Origin: Geosiphon pyriformis uo1
Lineage: Eukaryota; Fungi; Glomeromycota
NCBI GenBank assembly: GCA_016748015.1
Contig: JAAOMT010000193.1
Span: 124,001-188,000 of the forward strand
Length of the DNA: 64,000 nt
Reading direction: 5' to 3'
Shown here: positions 1 through 11,164 of the stretch, one piece after another
Layout of the letters: every line of letters begins with the position of its first letter
Numbering within the stretch: the first letter of the stretch is position 1
Translations under genes and position numbers: made by a program
The notes under the pieces: model-generated
Told to the model about the DNA's origin: nothing
What the model saw: the letters and a program-made list of their open reading frames with translations, nothing else
Database searches by the model: none

Positions 1-537
1 AAATATAGAGAATAGCAATTACCAAAATCAAAAGTGTAATCTCAAAAGAAATAAAAATAATCAAAAACAATCCACTGAAACCCAAAAAAATTATTTGGAT
101 CCCAAACTCTGATATTATCCTTGACATTATAGATTCAAAACAATTTTACAAACACTACTAAAAATTAGCACCCATTAGAGAAAAACAAGAGCAATGTTTA
201 AAAAAGCTTAATACTCATTTATGTGACTACTATTTAATTTTATGTAACTTTCAATATTGTAATAATTGTGACATCATTTACAATTTACCATCATACATGA
301 TCTACATAATTCCAAAAAAAAGAGCCAATTAGCAAATGCATTATAGAATTGAAATCAAAATTCAATTTTGATTCAAACTCTAATAATAATGATAATAATA
401 ATAGTTTCAACTCTATTTATTATAACAACAATAATAATGATTCAAATTCCAATTATACTATTGAACAATATATTGTACTTCCTGATCTTTTTAAGAAACA
501 AAAACTCAAATGTTTTAGTAATAATAATGAAGGTATT

Positions 538-935
538 ATGCCAGAATGTATATATAATACTGATACAAGTTTTGATTTGAGATATCTAAAAAAAAATGCC
601 ATTAAATTAGAACCATATTCATATACTGGCATTGATCTGAAAATAGTACTGAAAATTTCAGCAATAATAATGGTTCAATTAGCATCTAGATCTAGTTTAG
701 CAAAGAAAAAAATCAACATCAGAAAAGAAATAATTAATGCAGAATATATAAGAAATATTATTACAATACTACAAAATAACTCTGAAAAAGAATATATTAT
801 TGAACCAAATAAAAAAATAGCACAAACAATATTCCTACTCCTAGTTAAAATAGCTCAATTAGTGTCAATAGAAACAAAAAAAGAATTAAGGATTACAGCC
901 AGAGAGAAAAATAGATTTAGATTTATAAATAGGAT
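538..935 (+). pseudogene. dut: Decayed retroelement dUTPase domain (within ORF 349..1044)
   Basis: Degenerate dUTPase motifs TSFDL, LASRSSLA, IINAEY, KIAQTI; homologous to better-preserved copies at 13002-13410 and 30985-31390. Confidence 0.85.
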
Positions 936-1493
936 AAATATACCAATTAATATGGCAAAGGAAGAAGTTATTGACAAAAAAAAATTATCTCCACCTATTA
1001 ATCAATTTTTATTCTGCCATATGACCAATATATACTTAATATAGAGAGAAAAATAAAAGATCAAACTCAGATTTTTGAGATAAAAACTACAATTTGTGAA
1101 TCAAAAAAAATTAGAATTACCAATCTTTATATACTGGCTAAAAACCACAAACACATCAAAATTCCTATATACAATACAACTAGAGACCTAATCAAAATAC
1201 CAAAAGAAACAACCATTGAATATTTAAGCACTAAAGTTAAGAATTAATTACCAAATATCATTTTAGATTTTCCACAACTGTGTGAATATATGGATATCAT
1301 ATTACAAGCAATATACAGACAAAAAAAATACTATTTGCTTCAATTCAAACAATTGAAACAAATAAACTTAGAAAAAATAACCAATGCCCAATTTGAAGAA
1401 TTACAGATTGAAATAATCTAAGTAATTCTCAAAAAAAAAGTTAGGAAATATAGGAGATCTTGACAGAGCTTAATATTAAAAAAGAACAAATAA

Positions 1494-2448
1494 TGTTACT
1501 TATAGAATATAGGAATTAGATATTAGTACATTAGTTAGCCAATTAAAATAAAACATAGTAAGAATGAAATTCCAAAATTTTTTTTGGAGGAATTGTAAGA
1601 TTCCAGAATTACAGAATTCTTGTATAAAGAATTACAGAATTCTTCTTAAAGAATTACAGGATTCCAGGAATTCCAAAATTTCTGGCAAGAGAATTGAGAA
1701 ATTCAAAAAATTTTATACAATAAAATTTATGTATATATAGTAATAATATTAAAAGCAAAAAAGACAGAATTCTTAGTTTTTAAAACTTCCAATTCCAATT
1801 TCCTATTTATTTTTTTATACAATAGTATTTTATAACTTAAAATAGAAACATCTAATATCAATAAAATATTTATTACATATTATAATCCATCTTTCCACTA
1901 TTAACAATTCATATTAATAGTTGTTAATACTTAAATATACTAAACTAATAGCTCTTAATCATGGCTATTGATAAGATACTAACTTTTTCTGTTTTGGCTT
2001 ATCTCTTTATTTTTTTTTATTATTTTCTTTTATTTTCTTTTATTTTTATTTTATTTTATTGTTAATTTATTAATTGATTAAAAAATTAATGCATGGGATA
2101 TTGATGTTAGAATATAGTACTAATGAAAAATTCAGGAATAAGAATGGACATTTAAAATTAAGGATAGCTTATTAGGAGATTACCAACCATTAAGCTGAAA
2201 AAAAAATTGATAGAATATAGATATTCTAAGAAGTAATAGACAATAAAACACACTAATTCAAGAGTTAAAAAACTATTAGGAACCTTACCAAAGAATATCC
2301 TTCTTGAATCTTTGTTTATTATACAAAAGACTTAATTAAAATCTTTAGATTATGAAAACCTTTAGATATTACCAACACCACTTCAGTTATTAAACACCAA
2401 GTTATGGGTTTTTTATTTGTTCCAGACTCCAAATAATTACCTGTAACA
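1494..2448 (+). repeat. Family B 3' LTR of B0
   Basis: TGTTAC...TGTAACA termini, preceded by purine tract AAAAAAGAACAAATAA; contains CCAAT, GAATTNCAG-type repeats and a TATA-like element; similar to 47977-48829 and to the reverse complements of 35414-36205 and 37713-38578. Confidence 0.9.
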
Positions 2449-2578
2449 TTGGTTAAGCAACAAAAACCAAACATTTGGCATAAATAGCAACCAGTCTGCT
2501 TTTATTTGTTTCTGAAAAAGTTTATCATAGTAAAATACCAGAAAAAATTTTCCCACCAACTGCACAGCCCAAAGACAT

Positions 2579-3144
2579 TGTTACAGATGATTATTTAGAG
2601 TCTCAAAGCAAATAACAAACTCATAACTTGGTGTTCAATTGATAATATGATGTTGGTTTCTAAAAATTGTTTTTATTTAAAGGTTTTTGTTGGTTGAATC
2701 TTTTGTATAATGGACAGAGATTCAATTGTTGTCTTCCCAGTAGTCTCCCAGAATTGCAATTCCATCAAATTTTTTTCTCAGCATAATGGCCAATAATCTG
2801 GCAGAGATGTCTTTCTGGTAAGCTATCTTTAAATTCTTAATGTTATACTTTTCTTTTGGGATCTTTTACCAGACTATTCTTGATGTCAATAATTCAGTGC
2901 TTAATCTTTTAATCAATTAGTACACAACAAGAAAATAACAAAAAAGAAAAAAAAAGAAAATAAAAATGAAATAAAATAAATAAGTAAAGGCAATGAATGT
3001 TAGTATCCCATTAATAGCTGTGATCAAGAGCTATTGTTTCAGTGTAATTAAGTATTAATTACTATTAACATGAAGTATTGATAGTGTGGATTGAATTTGA
3101 GATATTAATTAATTATTTATTGATATTTGTGAGATAGAAAGTAG
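2579..3144 (-). repeat. Partial family B LTR interrupted by C1
   Basis: Begins TGTTACAGATGATTATTT like the LTRs at 35414 and 37713; interrupted at 3145 by the family C LTR. Confidence 0.85.
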
Positions 3145-3823
3145 TATTATGAGTTGGAGTAACAAGCTAATAGATAGCAAAGAAGAACAGGATTGTAGGA
3201 TGATAGAAATAATCAAAAGAAATTCAACTTCAAAGAGCAAATTAAATAAGTATGAATTCAATGTACAAGATCAATCTTATAAAATATTTCAGTCACTATA
3301 TTTTTCAAAAATAACTGGAGAATCTGAAGGTAGAGAAATAGTTCATACTATCAACAAATGATCATGCCTGGTATAATTTTATGCCTTACATCAGCACTTT
3401 TAGAATTCAATATCAGGTATTAGATGTATTCTTCAGTCATGTTTTATTCAATTGTCTTTAAATGCTACAATTACATGTTTCAGGAAAAGGGTAGGGAATG
3501 ACCAACAAGTAATTTTTTATCTTTAAAATGTTCAGATACTTGAAAATAGGAAAAAGGAAATTAGTGATAAAAGAATGATTGAGATGAAAGTTGTTATTTT
3601 ATTTATTTAATTTCCTTGATTTTTTCATGCTTTTCTACAGCTAAAAAATTCATCACTTATATAGTTATCAAAAGTGGTCAATGATTAGGTCAACAATTAG
3701 GTTAATGATCAGGTCAATGATCAGGTCAATGATCACTTTCTAAAAATAGAGTAGCTAATTTATGTGACATCAGTGGCTAATACATGTGATATTTAATAAG
3801 AAATATAAGTTTCAATCATAACA
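3145..3823 (-). repeat. C1 3' LTR
   Basis: T(G>A)TTATG...CATAACA; adjacent PPT (minus strand GGAGAGGATAA); homologous to 27698-28347. Confidence 0.9.
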
Positions 3824-4449
3824 TTATCCTCTCCAAAGAGATTGAGCTCCAGTAAAATCAAGCTATTTATAATGTAATCTATTTGAAAGGTTTTATCTAA
3901 CTCAAAGCTAACTAGTTTGTTGAAGTCTTTTGTGGATAAGGTATACAATACTTGAGGCAAAATGAGTTTTGTATCCAAGAGACCAAATCTTTGTATTAGA
4001 GTTTTGGCTCATCTGGCAATAGTTAAAACTCTTGGGATATTTAACTGTATAATGCCCAGAATTTCTGTCTGTATCTCTGAAGTTGTTTTCTTTATGAGTT
4101 TCATATCCTTTATGATTTCACCAAGGTGACCATAGAGTTCTAATTGCCTTCTATATAACAAGTTTTTGTCTATGGATAAGATTTTTTGAAGTGTTTTTTC
4201 AATTGTGCTGGAAGGTGGGAGTATAGTGGCTGTTATACTTTCTAACAGATATTTATCTATTTTGCTACCAATTTTTTCTCTTTCAGTAGTAGTTTTCTTT
4301 GGTCTGATAACAGTATGTGTTCCACTGCTATCAGTTATAGTGGTCTGTTTTCCAATAGTCAAAGTAACATTTGAACAGTTTTTGATCCAATACTTATGAA
4401 GAGTATAAAAGGCATTTTGAATGTTTTAATCCAGAAAATAATTGTTCAT
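3793..4449 (-). pseudogene. C1 ORF3, unknown helical protein downstream of integrase
   Basis: ATG at 4449; ORF pieces 4009..4362 and 3793..3978; motifs YGHLG…ARxAKTL…LYTLSTKDFNKL align with ORF3 of families A, B and D. Confidence 0.7.
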
Positions 4450-4490
4450 ATTAATTGAAGATACCTCTGTTTTGGGAATGGTGCATTTAT

Positions 4491-5803
4491 TTATACTTGA
4501 TTTTTGCTGATCATCTGAGTTAGTATTACCACAACAGGCAACCAATCAGGTTATTTATGATATTTCTTGAGTTGTATACCATGAACAGAACAATTATTGA
4601 AGATTGTTCCAAATTGATCTTAAAGAATATAAAAACCATTGTTCAAAACTTTGTTGACTATAAAGGGTTCTTTCTATTGGCTAAAGAATTTATTATCATA
4701 AACATTGTCTCTATCTGAACAGTATTTCAATACCAAGTCACCAACACTTAAAAAAAGTGTTTTATAGGTTTTTTTTTTCTTAAGCTTTTTTGAAACTGTT
4801 TTATCTTTTCAAAAGCAATTATTTATACTTTTACCAAGGAGTCAAGAATGGTACCAAGTCTTTTTTGCAAAATGTCTTTGTAATTTCCTATTGTGATTTT
4901 TTCAAAGGGTATTGTTTCAATGTCAGTTTCTATTGGCAGTATTGCCATGTGTCTATAGAGCAGATAAAAAAGTTCATAACTTGTTATGTCATGATTCACA
5001 GTTCTATAAGCAAACAAAGCTGAAGGCAATACTTTGTCTCATAAGTTTTTTTCTTCACTGGTTTTGGCTAAGGTTTCACATAGTGTTTTATTGAAATGTT
5101 CTACTAAGCCATTTGTTTAGGAGTGATATAGGGAGAAAAGTTTATGACATATTCCCATTTTTCTGCAAAGTTTTTCAACCAGTGTACTGAGAAAAGCTCT
5201 TCCTCTATTAGATAAAAGTTCTTTGGGGCAGCCATGATGGCAGATGATATTTTTATAAATGAAATTGGCTATTGAGACTGCTGTTTAGTCTGGAGTGGTT
5301 CTTGCTTCTACCCACTTTGTAAGATAATTGGTAGCTGTGATAATATATCTGTTGCTATTAAAAATAATTGTTAAAAGTCTAACAATATCTATACCAATTC
5401 TGTCAAAAAGTTGACCAACAGAAATTGAATGGATATCTTTTTTGCAATTGGGTTTGCCTCTTCTTTGGCAGATATTACAGATTTTGATGTATTCAGCAAT
5501 GTTTTTTCCTAAGGTAGGCCAATAATAACAAGCTAAAGTTTTCTGAATTGTTTTTGTTTTTTTAAAGTGTTTAGCTAATGGGTCAGTATGCATGTTGTAT
5601 ATTACAATTTTTCTTTCTTCAAATCTGATGACTCTCTGGAGGTGGTTAAGATCTTTTCTGTTTCTTTTGTATAATTGGTTCTGGTGAATCAAATAGAAAT
5701 TTGATTGTTTGTGCAAATGTTCTCTTTGCTGTCAAATGTATTCTGGTGGGTATTGTCTTTTACCCAAAAATTCTATTAAGGCAAAGTAGTTGTCCAAGTC
5801 TAT
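4491..5803 (-). pseudogene. C1 integrase (stand-alone ORF, decayed)
   Basis: HHCC (MHTDPLAKH…CNIC), IGIDIV, LLSNRG, NGLVEHF, ALFAYRT; start codon decayed to ATA at 5801-5803. Confidence 0.9.
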
Positions 5804-5979
5804 TATTGTGTTTGTTTATAAAAAAGTTACTAATAATTAAGTTGGTTTGGTTTAAGAGATTGTATTGTTACTGGATGATAAGTCTAGATAGAGCATTGGC
5901 ATTTTGATGATTTGTTCCTTTGCAGTGTTGAATATCATAGTCGAATTTGTCCAAGTAGAGTATCCAGTAAGTTATTTAT

Positions 5980-6771
5980 TGTTACAGAGGTGTTTTCTTG
6001 GTATATTTTAATTGTTGATCTTCCATTTTAATTGCAATCAGTCTCTTATGAGTTTTTTTATTTTATGTGTTAGATATTAATGATAATGTACTGAAGGTTT
6101 TCTCTTGATGTTGTGATGTAAGTCTTTTCTTTAATTCTAGTTGTTTTTATATGTTGTGTACTTCTTTCCAGAGGCTAATCTGAAATCTACCTGCTGTCTG
6201 GGGTCTTTTCTGAGGCTATTCTTGCAATTGTCTAATGTGTTTCTCTAATCTAGAAACATGGAATGTTAATGGCCTTTTCACAATTTCCCTAAGTATATGA
6301 TAAAGCTTTTTCAATTTAATTAGTAATCACGTGAATAATCTTAATCAGAGATTATTCTTTCAAAAGGTTCAAAAATGAAATAATAGTTTCATCCACTAGA
6401 GAGAGTATGTGAATTTTATTGTTAATCTTGTAATTGTGATGTTCATTCAATTTATTATTTTTATTAATTCTTTTTGAATAAGATTTTATTTAGATATTTG
6501 TTGCTTCTAGTTGAAGCTTGTTCTTCTTTATCATTAAAAACTATTGTATATATATATAATTATTGTTTTACAAAATAATGTTTTGTAATACTCTATTTCC
6601 ATTATTTCTAAATAGTGCTTGCTCCTTTTACACGATAATGCTTACTGCTATTGTAAAATAGTGCTTGCTGTTATTTGTAAATTATTTCTTTTTATAAATT
6701 GTTGCTGTGCTATTTCATGATTGGCTAATTTATATTATTTATAATTCTTATTAAATTCTTAAACTGTAACA
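5980..6771 (-). repeat. D1 3' LTR
   Basis: TGTTACAG...CTGTAACA termini, PPT GAAAGAAAGAGATAA adjacent; matches 22756-23535. Confidence 0.92.
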
Positions 6772-7085
6772 TTATCTCTTTCTTTCAAGATTGAGCTCTG
6801 TTGAAATTGAAGTTAATTTCTTTATTGAATTTTAAGTTGCTATAATAGTCCAATACTGTATTATTAACTTGTTGTAATTTTTGAAATTGTGAGTTGGTAA
6901 GTTATTCAATACTGTTGATTGTTATTATGTTCATGGTTGGATCCAGTAATACTTTGTGACAATTTTTCAAATGCTTTGAAAATTCCGTAAACTGCTTTTT
7001 GAATTGAATGTACTGTTGGTTTTTCCAATAAAACTTTCTAATTGTTAGATTGTTGCTTTGTCAAATACTCTAATTGATGGGTGAG
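6772..7085 (-). pseudogene. D1 ORF3, C-terminal remnant
   Basis: Translates to …GIFKAFEK/CHKVLLDPTMNIITINSIE*LTNSQFQKLQQVNNTVLDYY, homologous to family A ORF3 CKNVLQNPILQQMKIQYIGKLTELKFQQF…IFDYY. Confidence 0.7.
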
Positions 7086-7095
7086 TTCATGATTT

Positions 7096-7943
7096 TTATG
7101 TGTATCTTATTCTTGACAAACAGTTAGCATTGGCATTTTTGGTATCTTCTTTGTATTTAATGATATAATTGTATGGTGCTAATATTTGTGACTATTTAGC
7201 ATATTTTCTTTTCAGTGTTTTCTTGTTATTTAACCAGACCAGACCTCTATGATCTGTGGTAATATTAAAAGATTTGTACTGTAAATATGTGTCAAAGTGA
7301 ACACAACTCCAGACTACTGCTAAGCATTTCAGTTTGTGTGCTGCATAGTTTTACTCTGTCATACTAAGACTTCTACTGGCATAAGCAATTACACGTTCTC
7401 TTCTATTATCATCTTTTTGTGAAAGAATGGCTCCAAGTTCAGTTCCAGAGGCATCTGTGGCCAAAATAAATTTCTTGTTGAAATCCGGATAAATTATTAT
7501 TAGTGATTCAATGAGCTTTTGCCTAAGGTACTCAAAAGCTTTTTGCTGTGTTTTGGTCTATTTAAATTTCACATTTTTGGATAGTAGATAATTAAAAGGT
7601 TTGGTGATATTTGAAAAGTTTTTTACAAAGCAATAGTAGTAAGATGCAAGTCCTAAAAAGCTTTTAACTTCTGAAACATTTCAAGGTACTGGAAAATTTT
7701 TCACTTTGTCTATTTTTGATGGATCTGGTTTTATTCCATCTTTTCCAACTACATGTCTTAGAAATACTAGTTCATTTTTCCCAAAGAAACATTTTTCTAA
7801 ATTTAATTTAAGTCTAGCATGTCTCAATCTTTCAAAAACTTGTTGTAAATGTTGGAGATGATCTGCGAATTTTGGCGAGAAAACATTTGTATTGTCCAAG
7901 TAGACAACAACGGATTGCCACAGAATTCCAGAGTAAATTACGT
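7096..7943 (-). pseudogene. pol: D1 RT C-terminal half and RNase H
   Basis: YLDN, LNLEKCFFG, LATDASG, IAYASR, ITTDH, NANANCLSR; stop at 7096-7098. Confidence 0.92.
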
Positions 7944-8922
7944 TGTTACTGGAGGTTTTTGTCTCTTCTTAGCTCTTGTATGTTTGTTGTAGTGCTGTTA
8001 ATTCACGACTATAGGAAGTGTTTGAACCTCTGATAACTGAATTTTATCTTCAAATTATCTCCTATAATTTGAATGGCTGGGCTTATAAGTGGAATGGCCA
8101 ATTCTGTGTCAGTTATGTGTGTAGTTACGTTGTAGTAAATGTCAACTTTTTCCCAGGAATTGCTCATCTGGAAGCTCACTAAAAATGTGTAGTTACTTTG
8201 CTGTAAAAGTCAATTCTTCTACAGAAATCTCATTTGTAGGCTACCCTAATGATTGTAATAAGAAAAGAAAAATAAAAAGAAAAGAAATGTAAAAGAAATA
8301 GGTTTTTATCAAGAAAACGTTTTCTATTCAGGCCTGGAATCACTAACAATTTACTGAAATTAGTAGCTAATCAATTTCAAAATGTTAGTTGGGTTTTGAG
8401 GATTTTCTAAGTGCAATAATTAAAGAATTTGGTTTTTCGAATTTATTTGATATTTATTTCTTTTTGTGTGTGTAGGAATAGTTTTAAGTGATAAATCTAA
8501 AATAAGATATATTTTCTCAAAGAAAGAAGCTCTTTTTTTATACAACTTGTTATAACACTATTTCATGAACTTGAACTTTGCTTTTTTCTACAATTTTGCT
8601 GAACTAAAGATACATTTCGGCAAACTACAAGTTATTTCTGCGAACTATTAGATATTTCGGTAAACTATTAATTATTTCGGCAAATTTCTACAAATTTCAG
8701 CAAACTTTTGAATGTTACATATTTTGGGGTATTGCATGATTGATCATTGCAATTAGGTTACATTTGTGTTATGTACAAATTGAGTTATTAATTAAATGAT
8801 AATTTCGGACATTTTGCTAATATAATAAGTAATAATTTGAAATGATAATATATGCTAATTAATGATAAGAATTATAAAGATAATTTTATGCTAAATAATA
8901 TCTCTAATTTTGTCTGGTAACA
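7944..8922 (-). repeat. A1 3' LTR
   Basis: TGTTAC...GTAACA termini; direct repeat of 16836-17815. Confidence 0.95.
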
Positions 8923-9610
8923 TAACTTTCTTTTCAAGACTGAGCTCCATTAAAGTCCAAGTACTGTCTGTAATTTCCAGATAATAATCCAAAATTATTG
9001 AAGAAATTTGGTCTGAAAATTGTTGAAATTTCAGTTCTGTGAGCTTTCCAATATATTGAATCTTCAAAGGTTGTAAAATTGGATTTTGTAGGACGTTTTC
9101 ACAGGTGTGGAATAGGTCATAAAGTCTAAGAGCAGCTTTTAGTTTATAACAACTATTTGTAGGTCCAGCTGTTGTCTTGAATTTGTTGTAGAGTTGTTTC
9201 TAAATAGCTTTTTTTGTGAGGTTTGCTGCTGTAAGCTCCCGTTTTCGTTCATGAAGTGTTTTTCCAATGTAAAAATATCTATATATTGGAGTATAGTCAT
9301 AGTTTTCTTTATTAAGACACAGTTAAAGTTTTTGTTAAATAGTAGCATTTGGTGGAATACTAATAGGAGTGAGCATTAAGTTTTCTCTTAAAGCAAGCTT
9401 TAAAAGTTCTGGCAGATGAATTCCAGAATAACTTCTTGTGTTCTTCTTATATGGGTGATATTTTTATGAATTTGGGACTAAATTTGTAACTACTTCTGTT
9501 TGGGTATAATTAATGTGGTTTCCAGTAACAGTAATGGATAATTCGGGTATTGTTTTTAAAGCTAATATTAGTTTTTGGGATAATTGCTGAATGTTTTGAG
9601 GAATAGTCAT
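8905..9610 (-). pseudogene. A1 ORF3, unknown protein (~235 codons)
   Basis: ATG at 9608-9610 (MTIPQNIQQLSQKLILALK…), YFYIGKTL, RLYDLFHTC; reads through the PPT into the LTR. Confidence 0.75.
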
Positions 9611-9783
9611 TATAAGAGATTTGAAAATAAAAGAAAATTATTTTTGATGTATGGGTTTTTATGTTATTTTTGCTTTGTTTTTGTGAGATTGTTTCTAAAT
9701 TATAAGGAAATAACTATAATAATAAATTTAAGTTAAGTGTTTAAGTTAAGAGGTTGTTCAATGACAACTATTGGTTCTAAATT

Positions 9784-11118
9784 TCAAGGAATATCTTTGG
9801 GATTAATTAAAGGGGAATGTGTACTAATTTGTGAAATTAATGGTTCAGGATTGTTTCTGGAATTATAGTGTTTCAAACAATCTCCATGTGCAACTTTTGC
9901 TAGGATTTTGTCATCAAGTCTTAACTTGTATGATCCGTTGCCTAGGACTTCATGGATAAAAAATGGTCTATCCCATTTATTTTCAAATTTTCCACTCCAT
10001 TGTTTTTCAGCTTTAGTTCTGTGTAAGAGAACTTTGTTTCTGATTTTAAATTCATTGGTAACTGGAGGCAATTTGTTGTCATGTCATTCTTTTTGTTAAA
10101 CTTGAGAGTGTTTAATATGGGTGGCTGCTATTTGTTGTTTTCCTTCCAATATGCTAAGCAGAGTATAGGCTCTTCATTGTAGTGTTTCTTGAAAGTTGTC
10201 TTTATTAATTGGTTGTACTGGATATGTTTCCATTGTGAAACTAATTGGTAATGTTGCTGTCCTTCCATAGATTAGATCAAATGGTGTGTGTTTTGTGGTA
10301 TCTTGTTTTAGTGTTCTATATGCTAGTAACATTAATGGAATAAAGAGATTCCATTCTTGCTCAAAATTGGTTGAGACTTTGGCTAATGATTTACACAATA
10401 TTCTGTTGAAATGTTCTACAAGTCCATTTGTTTGTGAATGGTAAGGCAAAGATAATGGTCTCTTAACATTAAATCATCCACAAATTTTCTGGATTAAATT
10501 GTTCACAAAATGTGTTCCTTGATCAGATAAAAGTTCTATTGGGCATCTATGTCTACAAATAATGTCTTTGTAGATAAAGTTTGCTACTGATTTCATATCT
10601 GCTTATTGAATGGCTCTGGCTTCAGGCTATTTGGTGAGATAGTCTACAGCTACTGCAATATAACAGCTTTCTTGGTTTGTAATAGGTAGTGGTCTGACTA
10701 AATCGATACCAACTTGGTCAAAAGGCTGTCCAACTTTGATTGGGTTTAAAAGTTCTATAGGGCAAATTCCTCCTCTTCTTTGACAACTATTATAAGACTT
10801 AATGTATTCATAAATGTCTTTTCTCATTTGAGACCAAAAGTAATATTCTAGTGTTCTCTGGGTGGTGCTGTCTTTTCCTAGGTGTGCTGATGAAGAGTCT
10901 GAGTGCATGTTATATAAAATGGTTTCTTTTTCATGTTCTTGTATTAATCTGAGTGAATTTTCTGGGTTTCTGAAGTTTTAATAATAAATCATGTTGTTGT
11001 GTAAGAAGTATTGTTTGGCTTGTTGTTGTAACTGATGTTTTTTATCTGAGAACCAATCTGTTGAGATTGTTAATGTCTCCAAATATTGTTTAAGATTGTT
11101 GTAGTTTTCAGGATTCAT
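9784..11118 (-). pseudogene. A1 integrase (stand-alone ORF)
   Basis: ATG at 11116-11118; HHCC, VGIDLV, LLSDQG, NGLVEHFN, GPF-like WDRPFFIHEVLGNGSYKL; no chromodomain seen. Confidence 0.93.
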
Positions 11119-11164
11119 TGTTTGTTGTTTTGTTGTTAATTCAAATGAGTATTGGTTTTGTATT

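Larger units (their letters stand above)
1..2448 (+). mobile_element. Family B Ty3/Gypsy element, 3' part (B0); internally deleted (RT, RNase H, integrase and most of ORF3 missing)
   Basis: Cys cluster (CDYYLILCNFQYCNNCD), then dUTPase and pseudo-dUTPase, then an abrupt junction near 1375 to the ORF3 C-terminus (TNAQFEELQ), a purine tract and an LTR starting TGTTAC at 1494. Confidence 0.85.

Noticed and set aside
380-440. (AAT)n tracts as independent microsatellite features
   Set aside because: They encode the low-complexity Asn/Asp linker before the dUTPase in family B (also 31490-31570 and 63825-63900), exaggerated by G>A/C>T decay.
3676-3735. Short repeat arrays as CRISPR
   Set aside because: Head-to-tail tandem units without unique spacers, inside LTRs, with no cas genes and a eukaryotic context.
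9784-10071. Chromodomain at the integrase C-terminus
   Set aside because: Only the GPF/Y SH3-like module is visible, followed by a short EPxI tail; no aromatic-cage motif.
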